Counted from the first letter of the stretch, positions 19,601 to 30,208 are shown. The stretch: 64,000 nucleotides of DNA from Candidatus Altimarinota bacterium (GCA_965250085.1 OZ252287.1:992001-1056000); one strand, 5' to 3'. Translations and numbers: made by a program. Notes: generated by a model from the sequence alone, not told the origin.

Positions 19601-19844
19601 CGTATGGAGAAAAAATCATACGATTGACATCAATCGAACCAGATTCTGCAGTAAGAGCAAGAGAACCAATTTCCGTCTCTTGACCACGGACAATAACATC
19701 CGGCAAGCCATGAGAAGACAAGGAAACATGCAGTGTTGGAGTTATTGCTGCAAAAGTTGAAAAAGCACTTATAACGCATACAACACTGAAGACAAGACAG
19801 AGCTCTATGTAATAATATTTAAATTTTTCTAAGAGATGACGCAT
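16695..19844 (-). CDS. Secreted S-layer homology (SLH) protein with ~5 beta-rich repeats and a Kazal-like domain
   Basis: Signal peptide; ~150-aa repeats ending FP; C-terminal GVINGFPDG.F and GIINGYPDKTFRP SLH motifs. Confidence 0.85.
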   Translation of the reverse strand: MRHLLEKFKYYYIELCLVFSVVCVISAFSTFAAITPTLHVSLSSHGLPDVIVRGQETEIGSLALTAESGSIDVNRMIFSPYGDMKSGNIHQIWLKEPGGITLGPENAEGNVAVFIEDFMVPSGTTRTFKIFAEITPSTPEGDEFGLYFASNGNIEAEEDFGGNAEVSINFPAQTQLVSAIDSQTDTIASFSLQNTENTIAQIFRGQEKAVLGEFQFSTHGIDGISFQKIILERFGSTPENVIQNLHFADSSGSIISTPSFYKEGKVYFSDVLTLEQGEEKIFFLRGDVSSFAVNGETVGFQIFSRAGVTAVPDDGDTTLVLRDTFPLRTPLFTLSDPFVRFELNSETPQGRIITGGESGVPLALFTLHAGTEPVTLSRITLHKRGSLNPSTLSRLKITDINGKTLMDSLELSLEDAITFTGILKLEPFEEISLLLKASFDYGLPVGKSIGYEMQSARDIRITTVKDEYNVDIQGEFPLQGNIMTTSNQESKGVFEVSFVPHEPQNRIFSANSQNVPLSKLFLQARESDIELSQIILSYNGSFLSDEITNLHFRDNLGHILSARKEITDNLLVFDFLLPVRENSSKEIFLYGDLGNASSGRTLSFQITSPKNVTIKNIQPHVTASVVGNFPMQSLQVTPQQSSFESGVFFSSRGVPPENVTRGSSDVFLGQLAMRNTEPKEVMIEKLIMQQIGEVYRGIERISLRGELGELLAQENGVFENEIIIFDDFEETIRIQPGEEKVVTFLADISRDVDLGKSLQLSIVSPGYIDAKRFGGGDANIMGNFPLSLPAATVIFYKTNLYCDTVSAPVCGKIYETCSEFPCLTKEITYINECKLREDLAYFQYDGECIEKLPDIPSARFEDIVMESFEGFQIPFPDINITSEEGKSALELFRRGVINGFPDGDFKGEESVNRVQSAKFLLLTKYAEEDISDEKSGFRYLDTDHDAWYIRYVNMATNMGIINGYPDKTFRPANTVNTVEFLKMLTLTFDLQTNLPFRYFDVNGNDWFAPYVGIAQKYELFPDRGSYLFPAHELSRYEVARALYQFLKNR

Positions 19845-19880
19845 GCAAAGTAAAAAAGATAGAACAAATGATCTTCACAA

Positions 19881-20951
19881 TTATAGTCCACTGCTCTGCA
19901 GCCTCTTGAGGCGTTCAGCCTCCTGAAGAGACTCGATGAGGGCATTTAAGTTCCCTTCCATAATACTGGGAAGGTTAGAAAAATTTTTTCCAATGCGATG
20001 GTCAGTGACACGATCTTGAGGAAAATTATATGTTCTAATTTTTTCACTTCTATCGCCCGTACCGATTTGGGCCAGACGCTCAGCACCAGCTTCTTTTTGT
20101 CGCTTTTCTTCCTCTATTGCATAGAGTCTGGATCTGAGGACCTTAAAGGCTTTTTCTTTATTCTTGTGTTGTGATTTCTCATCCTGACAGGTCACGATTA
20201 TTCTAGTAGGAACGTGTGTGAGGCGTACTGCAGAGTCAGTTGTATTGACTGACTGCCCTCCTGGCCCAGAGGAACGAAATACATCTACTCGTACATCGGC
20301 AGGAGCTATTTCAAATTCAATTTCTTCTATTTCCGGCAGGACAATAACAGTGATAGTAGAAGTATGCACACGCCCCTGAGATTCAGTCTTGGGAATACGT
20401 TGGACCCTATGGACACCACTTTCAAATTTTAATGCAGCAAATGCGCCTTCACCGCGTACAGCAAAAATCATTTCCTTGACCCCCCCTGATTCAGAATCTT
20501 GTTTGGAGAGCAACTCCACATTATATCGATTCTCTTCTGCGTACCTGAAAAGAGCACGAGCGTATTCTGCGGCAAAAAGTGAAGACTCTTCTCCTCCAGC
20601 AGCTGGTCGGACTTCTATGATGACGTCTTTGTGGTCATGCGGATCCTTAGGAATAAGGGCAATTTTTACTTTTTCTTCTAAGTCCTGAAGAGATAACATC
20701 TCTTCCGTTAACTCTGCTTTTGCCATCTCAGCTACCTCAAGGTCAGCGTCTGTTTGGAGCTTTGTGAGTTCTTCAATATTTTTTTGTTTTTCCAAGTATT
20801 CTCTGCCAAGTTCAACTATTTCTCTCAGGGAAGAAAGCTTTTTTCCTAAAACTTTCATTTGAGAAGGGTCAGAGGTAACTTCTGGGGAACTCATTTGTTT
20901 TTCCAGATCTTCGTATTCAGTGATGAATGAGGTGAGCTTTTCGGTAAGCAT
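19881..20951 (-). CDS. prfA: Peptide chain release factor 1
   Basis: GGQ motif, PKT anticodon-mimic tripeptide, IRTYNFPQ. Confidence 0.97.
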   Translation of the reverse strand: MLTEKLTSFITEYEDLEKQMSSPEVTSDPSQMKVLGKKLSSLREIVELGREYLEKQKNIEELTKLQTDADLEVAEMAKAELTEEMLSLQDLEEKVKIALIPKDPHDHKDVIIEVRPAAGGEESSLFAAEYARALFRYAEENRYNVELLSKQDSESGGVKEMIFAVRGEGAFAALKFESGVHRVQRIPKTESQGRVHTSTITVIVLPEIEEIEFEIAPADVRVDVFRSSGPGGQSVNTTDSAVRLTHVPTRIIVTCQDEKSQHKNKEKAFKVLRSRLYAIEEEKRQKEAGAERLAQIGTGDRSEKIRTYNFPQDRVTDHRIGKNFSNLPSIMEGNLNALIESLQEAERLKRLQSSGL

Positions 20952-23843
20952 TTATTTCTGTGAAAAAAACCACTTCTTCAAAAACTGTCCGGTATATGAT
21001 TTTTTTACTTCTGCTACTTCTTCAGGAGTGCCAGTAGCGAGGACTTCACCTCCATTATCTCCTCCTTCTGGTCCTAAATCAATGAGGTGGTCACAGCTTT
21101 TAATAACGTCTAAATTGTGTTCGATTACAAGAACCGAGTTTCCTTTTTCTACCAAAGCACTGAGAACATTTAGAAGTTTCTGCACATCTTCAAAATGAAG
21201 CCCAGTAGTTGGTTCGTCAAGAATAAAAAAGGTTTTCCCAGTGCTTCGCTTAGAAAGCTCTGTGGCCAATTTTACCCTTTGCGCTTCTCCTCCGGAGAGA
21301 GTGGTAGCGCTCTGTCCAAGGTGAATGTAGCCAAGGCCGACATCTTCCAATGTTTGCAATTTATTCTTGATATTTGGAATTTTTTCAAAGTATTCCAACG
21401 CTTCTGAGACCGTCATGTTGAGAACATCTGCAATATTTTTTCCTCTCCAAGTGATCTCCAATGCCTCAGCATTATATCTCTTTCCTTTGCACACTTCACA
21501 GGGGACGTACACGTCTGGCAGGAAATGCATTTCTATTTTTACGATCCCATCCCCTTGGCAAGATTCACATCTTCCTCCTTTGACGTTAAAAGAAAATCGA
21601 CCAGCTTTGTACCCTCTGAGCTTCGCCTCAGGGCTTTCTGCGAAGAGATTTCTGACATCGGTAAAAACACCGGTATACGTTGCAGGATTAGATCGAGGAG
21701 TACGACCAATAGCGCTCTGATCAATCACAATCACTTTATCCAAGTGTTCTATTCCCTTAATCTCCTTATGCTTTCCAGCTTTTGTTTGAGCCCTATTGAG
21801 TTTGACGGCAAGAATAGGCCCCAAGATCGTATTAATTAGTGATGATTTTCCAGATCCAGAAACTCCTGTTACTCCGACAAAACATCCAAGAGGAATTTGT
21901 ACGGAAATATTTTTGAGATTATTTTCTTTCGCTCCAATAATTTCTAACTGCTTTCCATTTCCAGAGTGTCTTTTTTTTGGGATGGGAATTTCTTTTTTTC
22001 CAGAGAGATATTCACCAGTACTAGATGAGCCACTTTTCATCATTTCCTTAGGGGTCCCAGAAAAAACAACCTCTCCTCCATATTTTCCTGCCGCTGGACC
22101 TATTTCTAAGATATAATCAGCGCTTCGCATGGTTTCTTCGTCATGCTCTACTACAAGTACAGTATTTCCAATTTCCTGAAGGCTTCTGAGTGTTTCAATA
22201 AGCTTGGAATTATCTCTTTGGTGGAGCCCAATGGATGGTTCGTCCAGTACATACAAAACCCCCTGCAATTTGGATCCTATTTGTGTTGCCAAACGAATAC
22301 GCTGTGCCTCTCCTCCAGAAAGCGTGTTTGCCGCTCTGTTGAGTGTGAGATATTTCAGCCCTACATGGTCGAGAAAAGAAAGACGATCAGTAATTTCCTG
22401 TAAAATAAGCTTTGCAATTTTCATTTGCCGCTCATTAAAAATCTTTGGAAGATGATCAAAAAAATCTCGTGCTTCAGCGATAGAAAAACTAGTGGCATCA
22501 ATAATATTTTTGTCTCCTACTGTGACACCCAAAATTTCTTTTCTGAGCCTTTTTCCTTCGCAGGTGGGACATGTTTCCTGTTCCATAAATTTCTCAATTT
22601 GTTTCCGAGAAAACTCACTTTCTGTTTCTCGATATCTTCTTTCAAGATTTTTGATAACTCCTTCATATTTTGTCGCAAATTCACCACTAAAACGGTCAGA
22701 ATCCATTTGGACTTCATATTCCTCATCACCAGTTCCGTTTAAAATAATATCAATATTCTCTTTTGAGAGATTTTTGACAGGAGTATTCAAATCAAAGCCA
22801 TGTATTTTTGCAACAGCTTCAAGAATTCGGATATACCATGACATTCCCGAAGTACTCGTTGCCCAGGGCATAATAGCTCCTTCAGCAATGGTAAGCTTTG
22901 GATTTTCCAAAATCTTCTCTTGTTGTACTACCAGTCTACTGCCAAGTCCATGACAATCCGTACAAGCACCGTACGGAGAATTAAACGAAAAATTCCGTGG
23001 CTCAATCTCTGGAATGACAGATCCGTGCTCTGTGCAGGCAAACCGTTCAGAAAATGTCTCAAGTGTGCCAGTGTCTGGATTCAGAATAATCATTCGACCT
23101 TCTCCATGTCGAATAGCGAGCTCTATGGAGTCGGCAAGTCGTGTGCGATCTGGATTCGGTTCTTCAATTTTTTCTCCAGTGGAAAGTGTTTTATATGTTT
23201 TTCCAAGATCCTTTACCACCAAACGATCCACCACAGCTTCAATATCATGTTTCTTCTTCGGATCCAAATTCACCTCGTCAGCAATTGAATAAATCTCACC
23301 ATCAACTCTCAAGCGAAGAAATCCAGCCTTCTGAATATTTTCGAGTACTTTTAAATGCTCTCCTTTTTTCCCACTTATGAGCGGAGCAAGGATCATAATC
23401 TTAGAGCCTTCTTCCAGAGAAGCAACTTGTTCAATGATTTGAGAAACACTCTGCTTTTGAACCTCTTTTCCACATTCAGGACAATGAGGAATTCCAACTT
23501 TTGCAAAGAGCAGTCTGAGATAGTCATAAATCTCTGTAACGGTTCCTACGGTAGATCGCGGATTGCGAGAAGCCGTCTTTTGATCAATGGAGATAGCGGG
23601 AGAGAGTCCTTCTATGGTGTCCACTTCTGGCTTTTCCATCAATCCCAAAAATTGCCTCGCATACGTAGAAAGACTCTCTACATACCGACGTTGACCTTCG
23701 GCATAGATCGTATCAAACGCGAGGGATGATTTCCCGGAACCAGATACTCCAGTTACCACCACAAACTGATTGCGAGGGATTTCCACATTTATATTCTTCA
23801 AATTATGCATGCGCGCGCCTTCTACTCGTATGTTTTGTGACAT
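20952..23843 (-). CDS. uvrA: Excinuclease ABC subunit A
   Basis: Two GVSGSGKSS Walker A motifs, LSGGEAQR, Zn fingers; start MSQNIRV. Confidence 0.98.
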   Translation of the reverse strand: MSQNIRVEGARMHNLKNINVEIPRNQFVVVTGVSGSGKSSLAFDTIYAEGQRRYVESLSTYARQFLGLMEKPEVDTIEGLSPAISIDQKTASRNPRSTVGTVTEIYDYLRLLFAKVGIPHCPECGKEVQKQSVSQIIEQVASLEEGSKIMILAPLISGKKGEHLKVLENIQKAGFLRLRVDGEIYSIADEVNLDPKKKHDIEAVVDRLVVKDLGKTYKTLSTGEKIEEPNPDRTRLADSIELAIRHGEGRMIILNPDTGTLETFSERFACTEHGSVIPEIEPRNFSFNSPYGACTDCHGLGSRLVVQQEKILENPKLTIAEGAIMPWATSTSGMSWYIRILEAVAKIHGFDLNTPVKNLSKENIDIILNGTGDEEYEVQMDSDRFSGEFATKYEGVIKNLERRYRETESEFSRKQIEKFMEQETCPTCEGKRLRKEILGVTVGDKNIIDATSFSIAEARDFFDHLPKIFNERQMKIAKLILQEITDRLSFLDHVGLKYLTLNRAANTLSGGEAQRIRLATQIGSKLQGVLYVLDEPSIGLHQRDNSKLIETLRSLQEIGNTVLVVEHDEETMRSADYILEIGPAAGKYGGEVVFSGTPKEMMKSGSSSTGEYLSGKKEIPIPKKRHSGNGKQLEIIGAKENNLKNISVQIPLGCFVGVTGVSGSGKSSLINTILGPILAVKLNRAQTKAGKHKEIKGIEHLDKVIVIDQSAIGRTPRSNPATYTGVFTDVRNLFAESPEAKLRGYKAGRFSFNVKGGRCESCQGDGIVKIEMHFLPDVYVPCEVCKGKRYNAEALEITWRGKNIADVLNMTVSEALEYFEKIPNIKNKLQTLEDVGLGYIHLGQSATTLSGGEAQRVKLATELSKRSTGKTFFILDEPTTGLHFEDVQKLLNVLSALVEKGNSVLVIEHNLDVIKSCDHLIDLGPEGGDNGGEVLATGTPEEVAEVKKSYTGQFLKKWFFSQK

Positions 23844-23934
23844 AGTTTTTATACATATACAAAAAAAGTGCCCTCGTTTTGGCACCCGAGGAGCTTAGCA
23901 AGAAAAAAGGCAGAAAGCAACTTTTCGTTATCCC

Positions 23935-24222
23935 CTAATGAATATTGTTATCGCCAGAAGTGATATTTGCTGCGACAGCCTTCCGAAAGCAACTTGATAC
24001 AGAGGCTGGGTCAATTGCAACATATACTTTCCTTGCATCATTCAAGTTTCGCGTTGCTTCTTCCTCCATTTCGGACGACACTGGTTCTCCATTTTTTCTC
24101 ATAACAGAAGGCACATCGGGATTACTACCTATCCATTCTGATCCTATAGGGGCCCGCTGAGGGACTTCGTCTTTGGGAGCGAAGGTATGACCTGGAAAAA
24201 GGGAGTTTTGGTCTGAAGACAT
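23935..24222 (-). CDS. Small hypothetical protein
   Basis: 95-aa ORF with a consensus promoter directly upstream. Confidence 0.6.
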   Translation of the reverse strand: MSSDQNSLFPGHTFAPKDEVPQRAPIGSEWIGSNPDVPSVMRKNGEPVSSEMEEEATRNLNDARKVYVAIDPASVSSCFRKAVAANITSGDNNIH

Positions 24223-24251
24223 TGTAATGCATTTAAAGAGGCTATATTGGC

Positions 24252-24280
24252 ATTATAATCCTTTATATTTTATGTGTCAA
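24252..24280 (-). promoter_or_regulatory. Consensus sigma-70 promoter
   Basis: TTGACA-17 nt-TATAAT on the minus strand, upstream of 24222. Confidence 0.8.
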
Positions 24281-24357
24281 ATAATTTTAATATATGCCTA
24301 ATAAATTCTTACTCTTTTCTTTAGAAAAAGGCAAGAAATGAAATATGTCCTTTGAGT

Positions 24358-24408
24358 AAAACCCCCTGCCCTCCCTTCCTCCTACGGCGGACAAGTATCA
24401 GGGGAACA
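24358..24408. repeat. Degenerate CCCCCT..AGGGG palindromic repeat with a nested CCTACGGCGG insert
   Basis: ACCCCCTGCCCTCCCTT[cctcctacggcggacaag]TATCAGGGGA just downstream of the leuS stop. Confidence 0.45.
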
Positions 24409-24415
24409 AAAAAAG

Positions 24416-26866
24416 TTATTTCACTACAAATCCTACTATGCGTTCGGGGACAAAAACCTCTTTCACAATTTGACTTTGCTCCAAGTAAGCTTGCACCTTA
24501 GGAAGTTTTTTCGCTTCTGCAATCACCTCATCTTTTTTTGCATCTTTCGCAATCTCAAAATCTCCTCTTACTTTTCCGTTTACCTGCACCGCATATGTCA
24601 CCACATCTTCCACCAGATATTTCTCATCATATTCAGGCCACTTTTCATAGGCGATAGTACCTTCATTTTTCAATACTTCATGCCAGATCTCTTCTGTCAT
24701 ATGGGGTGCGAATGGGGAGAGGAGCAGGGCAAATGTTTGGAGTGCTTGTCTTGGAATTTTGTCTAATTTGGTGAGTTCGTTCGTCAGAATCATCATCTGT
24801 GAAATGGCGGTATTAAACCGAAGTTCATCAATATGATCGGTCACAATTTTAATGGTCTGATGGAGTAAGGGCTGAAAATTTTCAGCCCCTACGAAAGTAC
24901 CTTGTATTGATTTTTGAGACACTCTATACACTCTGTCTAAAAATCTTTTAATTCCTTCCACTCCACCAGTCGACCATACCTTTCGTTGATCAAATGGTCC
25001 CATAAACATCTCATAGCACCGCAGAGTATCAGCTCCAAATTTTACTACAATATCATCAGGATTAATCACATTTCCGAGTGACTTGGACATTTTACGTCCA
25101 TCTTCCGCAAGGATCATTCCTTGGTGTCTCAGTTTTGCAAATGGTTCATCATAATTGATGTATCCATGCTTATGGAGTGCTTTGGTAAAAAACCGTGCAT
25201 AGAGGAGATGTAATACCGTATGTTCTGCACCTCCCACATAGAGATCTATAGGACCCCAATGATTTAAAAGTTTTTCAGAAGCAAATGCGATTTCATTCTG
25301 TGGATCCATAAAGCGAAACATATACCACGAACTGCAGACAAAGGTATCCATGGTATCTGATTCTCGTTTCACAAGTGTTCGGTCCTTTGGCATATCACCA
25401 GATTTTTTGAGTTTCTCTTCAATACGTTTCAAACACTTTGCGTTATGAAATTTTTTCGATTGCTGGAGGGGAGACTCTCCATGCGGCACGAAATCTACAT
25501 CGTTTGGTAAATGCACCGGTATTTCATCTTCTGGAAGGAGATATTCATTTCCTTCATCGTCATAGGCGATAGGAATGGGAGCTCCCCAATATCGTTGACG
25601 TGATACCAGCCAGTCGCGGAGCTTATAGTTTATTTTTTGTTTTCCACATCCATTTTCTTCCAGCCATGCAATTATTTTTTCTTTCGCTTTTGAAGTAGAG
25701 AGATTGTCGAGAAAATCTGAATTCACAGCAGTCCCTTCTCCACTGAAACATTTTTCATCAGTTTTGTGTGATACAACTTCTCGTATTTCAAGTTTATATT
25801 TTTTTGCAAACCCGTAATCCCGCTCGTCATGTGCCGGCACCGCCATAATGGCTCCGGTGCCATAGCCCATCATCACATAATCAGCGATCCAAACAGGAAT
25901 TTTTTCTTGATTCACTGGATTGACAGCAAAAGCTCCGGTAGGTACTCCCGTTTTTTCTTTGCTGAGTTCGGATCTCTCGAGTTCAGATTTGGAAGTAGCA
26001 ATTTGTATATATTTTTGTACAGCGTCTTTATTTTCTTCTGTTGTAATTTGTTCCACGAGTGGATGTTCTGGGGCCAATACAAAGTATGTGGCTCCAAAAA
26101 GGGTGTCTGGACGAGTGGTAAAGACGGTTACTTTCTCTCCATTGATTTCAAAGTCCACTTCGGCTCCTTCACTTCTTCCAATCCAATTCCTCTGTGAAAT
26201 CTTGGTGGAGTTTGGCCAATCTATTTTTTCAAGTCCACTTATAAGTCCACTGGTTTTTCCATCATCTTCAATAAAATCTGTAATGCGAAAAAACCACTGC
26301 TCTAATTTTTTTTGCACCACCTCATTTTTGCACCGTTCACACTTTCCATTTATCACCTGCTCATTTGCGAGCACTGTATTACAGTCGTTACACCAATTGA
26401 CCGGTGCTTTTTTGCGATAGGCGAGATTGTTTTTGTAGAGGAATGCAAAAAACCACTGCGTCCATTTGTAATATTCTGGATAGCAGGTGCCAATCTCTCG
26501 ATCCCAGTCATAGCTAAATCCGAGTTCTCGAACCTGTCTCTTGAATGTCTTTATATTATCCGTTGTACTTTTTTCTGGGTGAACCTTTGTTTTGATCGCA
26601 TAGTTTTCCGCTGGCAGGCCAAAAGCATCCCATCCTATGGGATGGAGCAGTTCATATCCTTCATGGCGTCTTTTTCGTGAGACCACATCGGTGGCGGTGT
26701 ATCCCAGAGGATGTCCCACGTGGAGCCCTGCCCCAGAGGGATAGGGAAACATATCGAGCACATAGTACTTTTCTTTCTTTGAGTCATCTTTAGCTCGAAA
26801 CGTCTTATTTTCTTGCCAAAACTTCTGCCATTTTGCCTCTATCTTGCGATGATCGTACTGATTCAT
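24416..26866 (-). CDS. leuS: Leucine--tRNA ligase
   Basis: MFPYPSGAGLHVGH (HIGH), KMSKS, GTGAIMAVPAHD editing domain. Confidence 0.98.
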   Translation of the reverse strand: MNQYDHRKIEAKWQKFWQENKTFRAKDDSKKEKYYVLDMFPYPSGAGLHVGHPLGYTATDVVSRKRRHEGYELLHPIGWDAFGLPAENYAIKTKVHPEKSTTDNIKTFKRQVRELGFSYDWDREIGTCYPEYYKWTQWFFAFLYKNNLAYRKKAPVNWCNDCNTVLANEQVINGKCERCKNEVVQKKLEQWFFRITDFIEDDGKTSGLISGLEKIDWPNSTKISQRNWIGRSEGAEVDFEINGEKVTVFTTRPDTLFGATYFVLAPEHPLVEQITTEENKDAVQKYIQIATSKSELERSELSKEKTGVPTGAFAVNPVNQEKIPVWIADYVMMGYGTGAIMAVPAHDERDYGFAKKYKLEIREVVSHKTDEKCFSGEGTAVNSDFLDNLSTSKAKEKIIAWLEENGCGKQKINYKLRDWLVSRQRYWGAPIPIAYDDEGNEYLLPEDEIPVHLPNDVDFVPHGESPLQQSKKFHNAKCLKRIEEKLKKSGDMPKDRTLVKRESDTMDTFVCSSWYMFRFMDPQNEIAFASEKLLNHWGPIDLYVGGAEHTVLHLLYARFFTKALHKHGYINYDEPFAKLRHQGMILAEDGRKMSKSLGNVINPDDIVVKFGADTLRCYEMFMGPFDQRKVWSTGGVEGIKRFLDRVYRVSQKSIQGTFVGAENFQPLLHQTIKIVTDHIDELRFNTAISQMMILTNELTKLDKIPRQALQTFALLLSPFAPHMTEEIWHEVLKNEGTIAYEKWPEYDEKYLVEDVVTYAVQVNGKVRGDFEIAKDAKKDEVIAEAKKLPKVQAYLEQSQIVKEVFVPERIVGFVVK
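24865..24892 (-). repeat. GTAG-type REP palindrome in frame within leuS
   Basis: GTAGGGGCTGAAAATTTTCAGCCCTTAC, translated VGAENFQPL. Confidence 0.75.
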
Positions 26867-27030
26867 ACCGCGCAAAAAATCGAATTGATTTTAGCAAAAC
26901 CTCGCTCTCAAATACATTCGTTTTGACCATGACACTTTGCACTGTAGATTTTGTTATACAAAAATCACGGCAATAGATATAAATATTGAATTTTAAATGG
27001 TACATTCTTAAAAGAAGTATGGAGTTTTAA

Positions 27031-27091
27031 TTTTTTGAAAATTAAAAAATTGAATATTGTTTAGAAATTAAAAATTGGGAATTGAAAATTT
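27031..27091. repeat. Degenerate heptamer (AAATT-core) tandem array
   Basis: GAAAATT AAAAAATT GAATATT ... AGAAATT AAAAATT GGGAATT GAAAATT. Confidence 0.5.
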
Positions 27092-27118
27092 TTCAGTTTA
27101 TTTCCATGTAGTGAGTTC

Positions 27119-27152
27119 AAAACCCCGTAGCTTTAGCTCGTGAGTAGTTCAC
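27119..27152 (+). mobile_element. Isolated IS200/IS605-family end-like remnant
   Basis: AAAACCCCGTAGCTTTAGCTCGTGAGTAGTTCAC resembles the AAGCCCC..CTTTAG..GGGGTAGTTCAC subterminal hairpin end. Confidence 0.45.
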
Positions 27153-27170
27153 TTTTTTATCCGCACATTT

Positions 27171-27629
27171 ATGAAACTTCAAAATATATCAAAAACACTT
27201 TTCATCACTGGTTTTTCACTCCTTTTTTTCTGCCTTGATCGAATTTCAAAACTTTGGGCACAAATATCTTTGTTTGATGGAGATATTGCTCTCTGGGGTG
27301 ATGAGATACGCCTTCAATTGGAATATAATGCCAATCTCGCTCTCTCCCTTCCAGTGCCGCTGTGGGCACAAGTTGGCATTTCCTTTGTCGTACTGATTGC
27401 CCTGATTGTCTATATTATTCGAGGGAATCATACCGGAACTGAGATAGAAAAATTTGCTTTTGCCATGATCTTTGGTGGTGCACTCGGGAACCTCTACGAT
27501 CGTGTTACTTTTCACCAAGTAGTAGATTTTATCGCAGTGTGGAAGTTTCCTGTCTTTAATGTGGCAGATACGCTTATATTCTGTGGAGTGTTTATTCTTT
27601 TGGGAAGAGAAATCCTCAAGAGCAAATAA
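27171..27629 (+). CDS. lspA: Lipoprotein signal peptidase II
   Basis: LDRISK, GGALGNLYDR, VVDFI, FPVFNVAD. Confidence 0.95.
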   Translation: MKLQNISKTLFITGFSLLFFCLDRISKLWAQISLFDGDIALWGDEIRLQLEYNANLALSLPVPLWAQVGISFVVLIALIVYIIRGNHTGTEIEKFAFAMIFGGALGNLYDRVTFHQVVDFIAVWKFPVFNVADTLIFCGVFILLGREILKSK

Positions 27630-27636
27630 GATCATG

Positions 27637-28092
27637 TTAGAAAGACCAAACATTTCGATCATCAGGGTTTTGTATAAGTCCTAATTCTTCTAATTTTTTT
27701 ACAAATATTAAAAATTCGTTTTGCTGAGCAATAGAAAACGCAGAATCATCAAAAAATAATCCTGAATTAAAATACCGGTAGAGAGCCATTTTCATAACGT
27801 CCGGATTATTTATGTTTGAAATTCTACGCTCTGCTCGAAAGGCTGCTAGTGCTTCACAGACTGTGAGATGAATAATTTTGGGAGCATTGCTAGCGAGAGC
27901 GCTGATAATTTCGACGCAGTCAGGAGTTTCTAAAATTTCAAGAATATCCAGGTGTTGGAGATGTTGTTTTACACGAGGATCTATAAAGACATGCTTTTTG
28001 GGCGGAACACTGAGCCCTTTCAATGGATAATCGGAATCAAACGGAAATGACAACTCTCCATAATCATAATAAGGTTCTCCAGTTCCTTGCAT
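27637..28092 (-). CDS. Hypothetical protein
   Basis: 151-aa ORF convergent with lspA; TTGACA at 28141-28146 upstream. Confidence 0.6.
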   Translation of the reverse strand: MQGTGEPYYDYGELSFPFDSDYPLKGLSVPPKKHVFIDPRVKQHLQHLDILEILETPDCVEIISALASNAPKIIHLTVCEALAAFRAERRISNINNPDVMKMALYRYFNSGLFFDDSAFSIAQQNEFLIFVKKLEELGLIQNPDDRNVWSF

Positions 28093-28200
28093 ATGTAAGG
28101 ACTAAAACATAGAGAAATAAAATATTACTTTCTACTTATTTGTCAACATCTTCCCCTCTATTTTCTTTTCTGCCATACTGACAGCATCAGCTTTTGTTTT

Positions 28201-28848
28201 ATGAACTCTCCTCTCACCACTTTTCTTACTCGGCTTTTTGCAGGAATTTCCGGAGGATTACTGGGAATGGTTGCTGCGCTTTTAGTATTTCTCCTTTCTT
28301 CATTTGCAAATCCTACAGAAGCAGGGCTTGCAGAGTCATACTCTCTTGTTTCAATTCTTGCTATGGTGTTTGTAGGAACAGTGGTGGCGAATTTGGTAGT
28401 AGGCTTTATATTGGGAAAGTTTGAAAGTCACAAATATCATCAGATGCGGGGAATGATGTTTCAGATCTTTTTCTTTACCCTCAGCCTCTTTCTCTTCATG
28501 ATTCCATTCTATCTCTTTACAACAGAATCACTTCTGACGACGGCTGGAATTCATTTTCTGGCAGGATCGCTTCTCTGTGCTTTGGTATGTGAGATTATGA
28601 GTTCTCGTACTTCAGCTCTCACTGGACTAATGGGAGCTCTGTTAGCGGGGTGCTTTCTTTATGGATTACTCAGTCTCTTATTTTCTGCTGAAGCAACACG
28701 TTCAGTACTTCTCATATTTTTTCTGCCAATGGCTTGGATATGTATTATGACAGGAATATTTCTTGCAGAGGTCTTGCACAGCGGAGTGAAGAATCTGTAT
28801 GGTATAGACCTCTTTGAAGCTGAGCCTTCAGACAACAACCCTCATTAG
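28201..28848 (+). CDS. Multi-pass membrane protein
   Basis: About 6 TM helices; directly upstream of murA. Confidence 0.75.
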   Translation: MNSPLTTFLTRLFAGISGGLLGMVAALLVFLLSSFANPTEAGLAESYSLVSILAMVFVGTVVANLVVGFILGKFESHKYHQMRGMMFQIFFFTLSLFLFMIPFYLFTTESLLTTAGIHFLAGSLLCALVCEIMSSRTSALTGLMGALLAGCFLYGLLSLLFSAEATRSVLLIFFLPMAWICIMTGIFLAEVLHSGVKNLYGIDLFEAEPSDNNPH

Positions 28849-28852
28849 GAAT

Positions 28853-30130
28853 ATGAATGAAAAGTTTTTTATTGAAGGCGGTGCCACATTATCAGGCACG
28901 GTAGAGATTTCCGGCTCTAAGAATGCTGCTTTGCCGATCCTTGCAGCAACACTCTTAGTAGCTGGATCTTCTACGGTGACCAACGTTCCCAACATTGATG
29001 ATATTGCCGCCTTTTTAGAAATTTTAGAGAGCTTGGGAACCCAAATATCTGAAAAAAACGGAACGCGAACCCTAAACACTCAAAACATTGCACCTCATAC
29101 AAAGGCTCTCAATCATCCACATATTCGTTATATGCGGGCGAGCATTCTTCTGCTTGCTCCTCTTTTGGTTCGATTTGGAGAAGTAAAAATTCCTTTTCCA
29201 GGAGGATGCGTACTGGGAAAGCGTTCTGCAGAGAGTCATTTAAAAGCCCTTGTAGGCTTTGGTGCAGAAGTACAAGAATCTTCAGATTCCATTCACCTCA
29301 CCTCTACAAGAGGCCTGACCGCAGGATCAGTGGTACTCCCTGAGCGATCGGTAACAGCGACTGAAAATGCGGTAATGATCGCCTCCACACTACAAGGAGA
29401 AAGTGAGATTCGCATGGCAGCAGCAGAGCCACATGTACAAAATCTTTGCCATTTTCTGGTTTCTGCAGGTGCAAAGATTGAGGGAATTGGAACTCATACA
29501 CTTCAAATCCAAGGAAATCCAGATCTTCAAAACGGAAATATCGCTATTACCCCCGACTATCTGGAGGCGGGAACATTTATTCTTGCTGGAGCGCTGACTG
29601 ACAGCACAATCACAGTACAAAATGTAGAAGAACATCATCTGGATTCCTTTTTCCAAAAACTTTCTGAAGTCGGGATCTCATGCTCATTCGATCACATACA
29701 AAAATCAGTAACAGTTTCTTCCCACTCAGGAGACCTCACTCCAACGAATATTCAAACCGGTGTCTTTCCCGCATTCCCAACGGATCTCCATCCACAATTT
29801 GCAGTACTGCTCTCACAATGCAAGGGGACATCAAAAATATTTGAAACACTTTTTGAACGGAAATTTGGATATCTGCTTGAACTTGAAAAAATGGGAGCAG
29901 ACATAGAAATTATGAACCCTCATCAATTTCTTATTCATGGAAGTAAAAAACTTGTGGGAACTCCTGTTGCCAGCCAGGATATTCGTGCTGGTGCAGCGAT
30001 GCTTTTGGCAGCACTCATTGCAGAAGGAACGACAGAGATTTCCAACATACACTATATCCATCGCGGATATCAGCACATAGAAGATAAACTCCGTGCACTC
30101 GGAGCAAAAATAAAGAGAGTGGAAGGATAA
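28853..30130 (+). CDS. murA: UDP-N-acetylglucosamine 1-carboxyvinyltransferase
   Basis: SGSKNAALP, MRAS, PGGCVLGKR (catalytic Cys), FPTDL, DIRAG. Confidence 0.97.
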   Translation: MNEKFFIEGGATLSGTVEISGSKNAALPILAATLLVAGSSTVTNVPNIDDIAAFLEILESLGTQISEKNGTRTLNTQNIAPHTKALNHPHIRYMRASILLLAPLLVRFGEVKIPFPGGCVLGKRSAESHLKALVGFGAEVQESSDSIHLTSTRGLTAGSVVLPERSVTATENAVMIASTLQGESEIRMAAAEPHVQNLCHFLVSAGAKIEGIGTHTLQIQGNPDLQNGNIAITPDYLEAGTFILAGALTDSTITVQNVEEHHLDSFFQKLSEVGISCSFDHIQKSVTVSSHSGDLTPTNIQTGVFPAFPTDLHPQFAVLLSQCKGTSKIFETLFERKFGYLLELEKMGADIEIMNPHQFLIHGSKKLVGTPVASQDIRAGAAMLLAALIAEGTTEISNIHYIHRGYQHIEDKLRALGAKIKRVEG

Positions 30131-30208
30131 TGAAAATTAAAAACTCCCTCTTTATGAAAAGAAAAGGGGAGAAAAATCTAAAAACACTTTGAAATCCCAA
30201 ATTGAGAA

